Assembly (NCBI GenBank): GCA_018985225.1
Contig: JADGIF010000322.1
Span: 1-10,963 of the forward strand
Source of the DNA: Amoeboradix gromovi X-113
Taxonomy: Eukaryota; Fungi; Sanchytriomycota
Reading direction: 5' to 3'
Length of the DNA: 10,963 nucleotides
Under the pieces are notes generated by a model. The model searched no databases. It saw only the letters and a list, made by a program, of their open reading frames with translations, and was not told where the DNA came from. The position numbers and the translations under genes were made by a program. Numbering within the stretch: the first letter of the stretch is position 1; the number at the start of each line of letters is the position of its first letter. Positions 7,994 through 10,963 of the stretch are shown piece by piece.

Positions 7994-8719
7994 GAGATAT
8001 AGAAATATATTGTAACCAATAAATTATGTCCTTTTTAAAATTAGTTTATTGTCAAGGCAGATGTATGTACTTAATAATTAGCTGTAAACAACAATGTATA
8101 GTGATATATTCAGAAGTTTCTGCACATGCCACATATGCTACAAAACCTAAACGAACTCTTAAAGCAAATGTCTCTAACAAGTAGAACTAATCAAGTAGTA
8201 TTCTCTTGTAATTTATCTCTAATTTTCTAGGTAACAACTTGGTGTTGCCAATATCTCTTGTTTGCTAGTCAGGTCCTTCATTCACATTACAGTTGGAGTA
8301 AGCTCATGAACAAGCATAACTATGTCGTTTGGGCAAGAATGCGCTAGATTGTTGCTCTGCGTGCTGAAAAAATAGCTTCATTTGTTCTCGTAACTGCCAT
8401 GTTCTCGTTAAATTACTTTTTTATCCACCTCTTCATTCTCTTATTTCATATTGTTAACCTGTAAGTTTTCCCGCGCAGACTGCATAAACGAGGCCCTCAT
8501 TCTTGAATTTACTTGTGTTGAGAATATGCATTGTTATTGAAATGGTCGGGCAAGCTCTCTATGATATAGATGTTAGCTACTGCTTTGGCGGAGTTTTGGA
8601 CATCAAATAACGCAATACCTCTTGTTCTATTTATCATCGCTTTTATTCCCTCTGATCTACCTAAAATGTGTTGGATTTTGAATACATTTTTGTATATTTT
8701 TTATTACACTCCAAAATAA

Positions 8720-10210
8720 ATGGAAGCAACATTTCTTAGCGACTATTCTTGTTTAATCAAAATAGATCATTTAAAATTCAGTGTCAACTCTTCTGTGGAT
8801 GATGTTGACTTCATTCTAATAACTGACTTTAAATATATTTCTACTATTTCTTCAAAAGCTATTCCATTGTACATTGAAGATGGCTGTTACGAGCACGGCA
8901 AGATCATGTTGGAAGAAATGAATATTTTTATTAGTGGTGACTTTCGGACGATTCGCTATTATGAGGAATTCAGATTCGATGAACTAGTTATAAAAGCCAT
9001 ATCTAGTCAACTCTTCTTCGCCAGTAGTGGCTTCTTTATTCAGTATGGTTCATATAAATTTGTGATTGTCGCTCCAGGTGTACCACACTATACTCTGGAA
9101 ATGCCATTTATTCAAGACCTAGATGCTTTGATCTTATTAGACGTTGTTTTCATATCCAACAACTTTAATTCTAAGCTTAAAAATATGCAGCTTTGTATTC
9201 AGGATGCGGTTAACAATAAAACTCCCGTTATACTTACTTGCTCTCCCATTCAGGGCTATTTGTTTGATCTGTTATTTCTGCTTTCAAACGTTCAGTACTT
9301 CACCCCTTCTCAATTGTATCTTTTATTCTCTACTGGAATAAAGTCTTACACTTTAATCAACAGCATCCCCGAGTCTCTAAATAACGAATTGAAAAACAAG
9401 GCATTTCTCGGCAAATATGGCTGCGATTTAAAATTTGACATCTATCCTAACTGCTTTGACTCTAAATTCCAATCAAAGTGGCTTCAAAATCCTGGTATAA
9501 TTCTTACCATGTGCAATTACGCTACTCAATATATGTTGAATAGCTTTAATCTAATTTGTAAATCAAGAAATCAACAAGGATTGCATTTAAATGTATGTTC
9601 GAATGAGGACACTGCAGATTGCAGCAGTTATAGCAACGTAGAATCAAAAAACTGTAACTTGGATGCTAGGATGTCTATACATCAAGCATTACTCCATTTC
9701 AAAGCCGATACTATTCTGTCCATAAAATCATCAACAGCAACTAATGATGAGTTGATGAATGTAAAAATGATGTATCCTAATATATGCATGCAAGATATTG
9801 ATGTCCCATTCATGTTTGAAATTAGGCAACTCACAATGAGCAGATTAGTCAAATTTAAGCAGTTGGAGAATGCAAATTGGCATAGTTTTAATTACAATAA
9901 TGCGGAATACAGGTTTGTGTACGTAAATGGCAGTTTGGTGGGCGATATGATCAATATGGTACCAATTAATAAAGGAATATTGTTTGGAAGATTAAATGTA
10001 GAACTTATAAGGCAAGCATGCTTGGAAGTATTTTATAGTAGACTAGATATTCAAGTAGAGCAAGTACAAGGGATAACTCAAATAAGTGTAGGAGATATGC
10101 TAATGGTACAAATACAGAAAGGGAATATAATGATAGAGAGCGATGAATTAGATATGATTGAGAAACTACAGCAGCATTTACTTGACAATAAGATAATTAA
10201 AAGGATGTAA
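8720..10210 (+). CDS. INTS9: Integrator complex subunit 9-like, inactive metallo-beta-lactamase/beta-CASP protein (496 aa)
   Basis: Colinear blocks resembling INTS9 as I recall it: VDFILITDF (VDVILISNY), LYIEDGCYEHGKIMLEEM (VYATEPTVQIGRLLMEEL), IKAISSQLFFASSGFFIQ (VTPLSSGYALGSSNWIIQ), PVILTCSPIQGYLFDLL (NVLVPCYPSGVIYDLL), ESLNNELKNKAFL (EWLCHNKQSKVYL), CNLDARM (CPIDTRL), LFGRLNVE (LSGSIPVE). No HxHxDH motif. Confidence 0.72.
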   Translation: MEATFLSDYSCLIKIDHLKFSVNSSVDDVDFILITDFKYISTISSKAIPLYIEDGCYEHGKIMLEEMNIFISGDFRTIRYYEEFRFDELVIKAISSQLFFASSGFFIQYGSYKFVIVAPGVPHYTLEMPFIQDLDALILLDVVFISNNFNSKLKNMQLCIQDAVNNKTPVILTCSPIQGYLFDLLFLLSNVQYFTPSQLYLLFSTGIKSYTLINSIPESLNNELKNKAFLGKYGCDLKFDIYPNCFDSKFQSKWLQNPGIILTMCNYATQYMLNSFNLICKSRNQQGLHLNVCSNEDTADCSSYSNVESKNCNLDARMSIHQALLHFKADTILSIKSSTATNDELMNVKMMYPNICMQDIDVPFMFEIRQLTMSRLVKFKQLENANWHSFNYNNAEYRFVYVNGSLVGDMINMVPINKGILFGRLNVELIRQACLEVFYSRLDIQVEQVQGITQISVGDMLMVQIQKGNIMIESDELDMIEKLQQHLLDNKIIKRM

Positions 10211-10218
10211 TTGCACTC

Positions 10219-10224
10219 AATAAA
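10219..10224 (+). terminator. AATAAA polyadenylation signal of the INTS9-like gene
   Basis: cAATAAA, with the hexamer beginning 8 nt after the TAA stop. Confidence 0.55.
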
Positions 10225-10963
10225 TCAATTTGCTATTTATTCTCTGTTGTGCTTCAAACATTAGACAGCTATTGAATTTTGTAGAATAAATCATTTATCG
10301 AGAATCTGTATCTACTTTTATAAATGGGACACCAAATATAAAAACTAGACTAACTCGTTTTTAAAGGAAGTGCTCCATACGGAGGAAATCATTAATAAAA
10401 GATCTTCTATTATACCAATTTTCTTTCATTATTTTCAGTCCCCTCTTCAAAATAAAACTAGATATGAGGTCTTTGAGCATCTAAGCAAAAGGTGCATTTT
10501 CTTAGACGGTATTCTTTCTTCATTTCATTTAATGTTATACTAACATCATTACTCTTGTCTATTTCATTGAAGTGTAATAGTGATATTTTATTTGAAATAA
10601 AGATTGGATGAAAGAGTAAGAGAATAGCTCTACAGAATATTTATTTTCCTTTTATACTCCTCTTAAATCCATAAATTAATAAAGCTGAAATAATGTTCCA
10701 AGTTGTTGCAGAAAGTTAGTCCAGTTTTTATATTTCATGTCCCAAATGTATAACTTTTCCAGATTTTTCTAATAGCTTAAATACTGGATATTCTTCCTTT
10801 TCGCAAATGGTAAATCAATCTAAAGAAATAACTAATAGTTAAAGTATACGTTCATCAGCATTGAGGTACTGATCCAAACATGGAACAGTTTGATGTCTTT
10901 CAAGCCGTCCTCAAAAGTGATCAACGGTAAAAATAAACATGTAAACTATTTGCTTAATAATTC

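Noticed and set aside
8461-8478. 18-nt GTAAGT...CAG intron-like string
   Set aside because: No CTAA branch motif, and all three downstream frames stop within about 20 codons.
9144-9341. 65-aa ORF within the INTS9-like gene
   Set aside because: Alternative frame, non-ATG start, no motifs.
10028-10046. 19-nt GTATTT...CTAG intron-like string in the INTS9-like gene
   Set aside because: Removal would shift the frame, while the unspliced frame keeps an INTS9-like C-terminus.
1-10963. Non-standard genetic code (TAA/TAG as Gln), CRISPR arrays, transposons, tRNA or rRNA
   Set aside because: TAA, TAG and TGA all end conserved genes at the expected positions. I saw no repeat arrays, transposase motifs or RNA-gene signatures.

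Overview
AT-rich, gene-dense, almost intron-free eukaryotic DNA. The fungal-type two-domain biotin ligase, eukaryotic RPL26 and INTS9-like gene suggest a compact-genome early-diverging fungus or relative (inference). Gene order: a 21-residue-repeat LRR protein missing from the ORF track (minus, runs off the left edge); a non-RD Ser/Thr kinase with TKL-like N-lobe (minus); acetoacetyl-CoA synthetase split by a 20-nt GT-AG intron (plus); a doubtful 98-aa ORF; a small cationic 4-Cys secreted protein; biotin-protein ligase (minus) head-to-head with RPL26 across 90 bp; a ~104-aa hypothetical protein; and a shortened Integrator subunit 9-like protein. Most notable are the 20-nt intron, the tandem kinase/LRR pair, the shortened INTS9, the small secreted protein and a shared 13-bp CCAAT promoter word. 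All family assignments come from motif recognition by eye, not from database searches.
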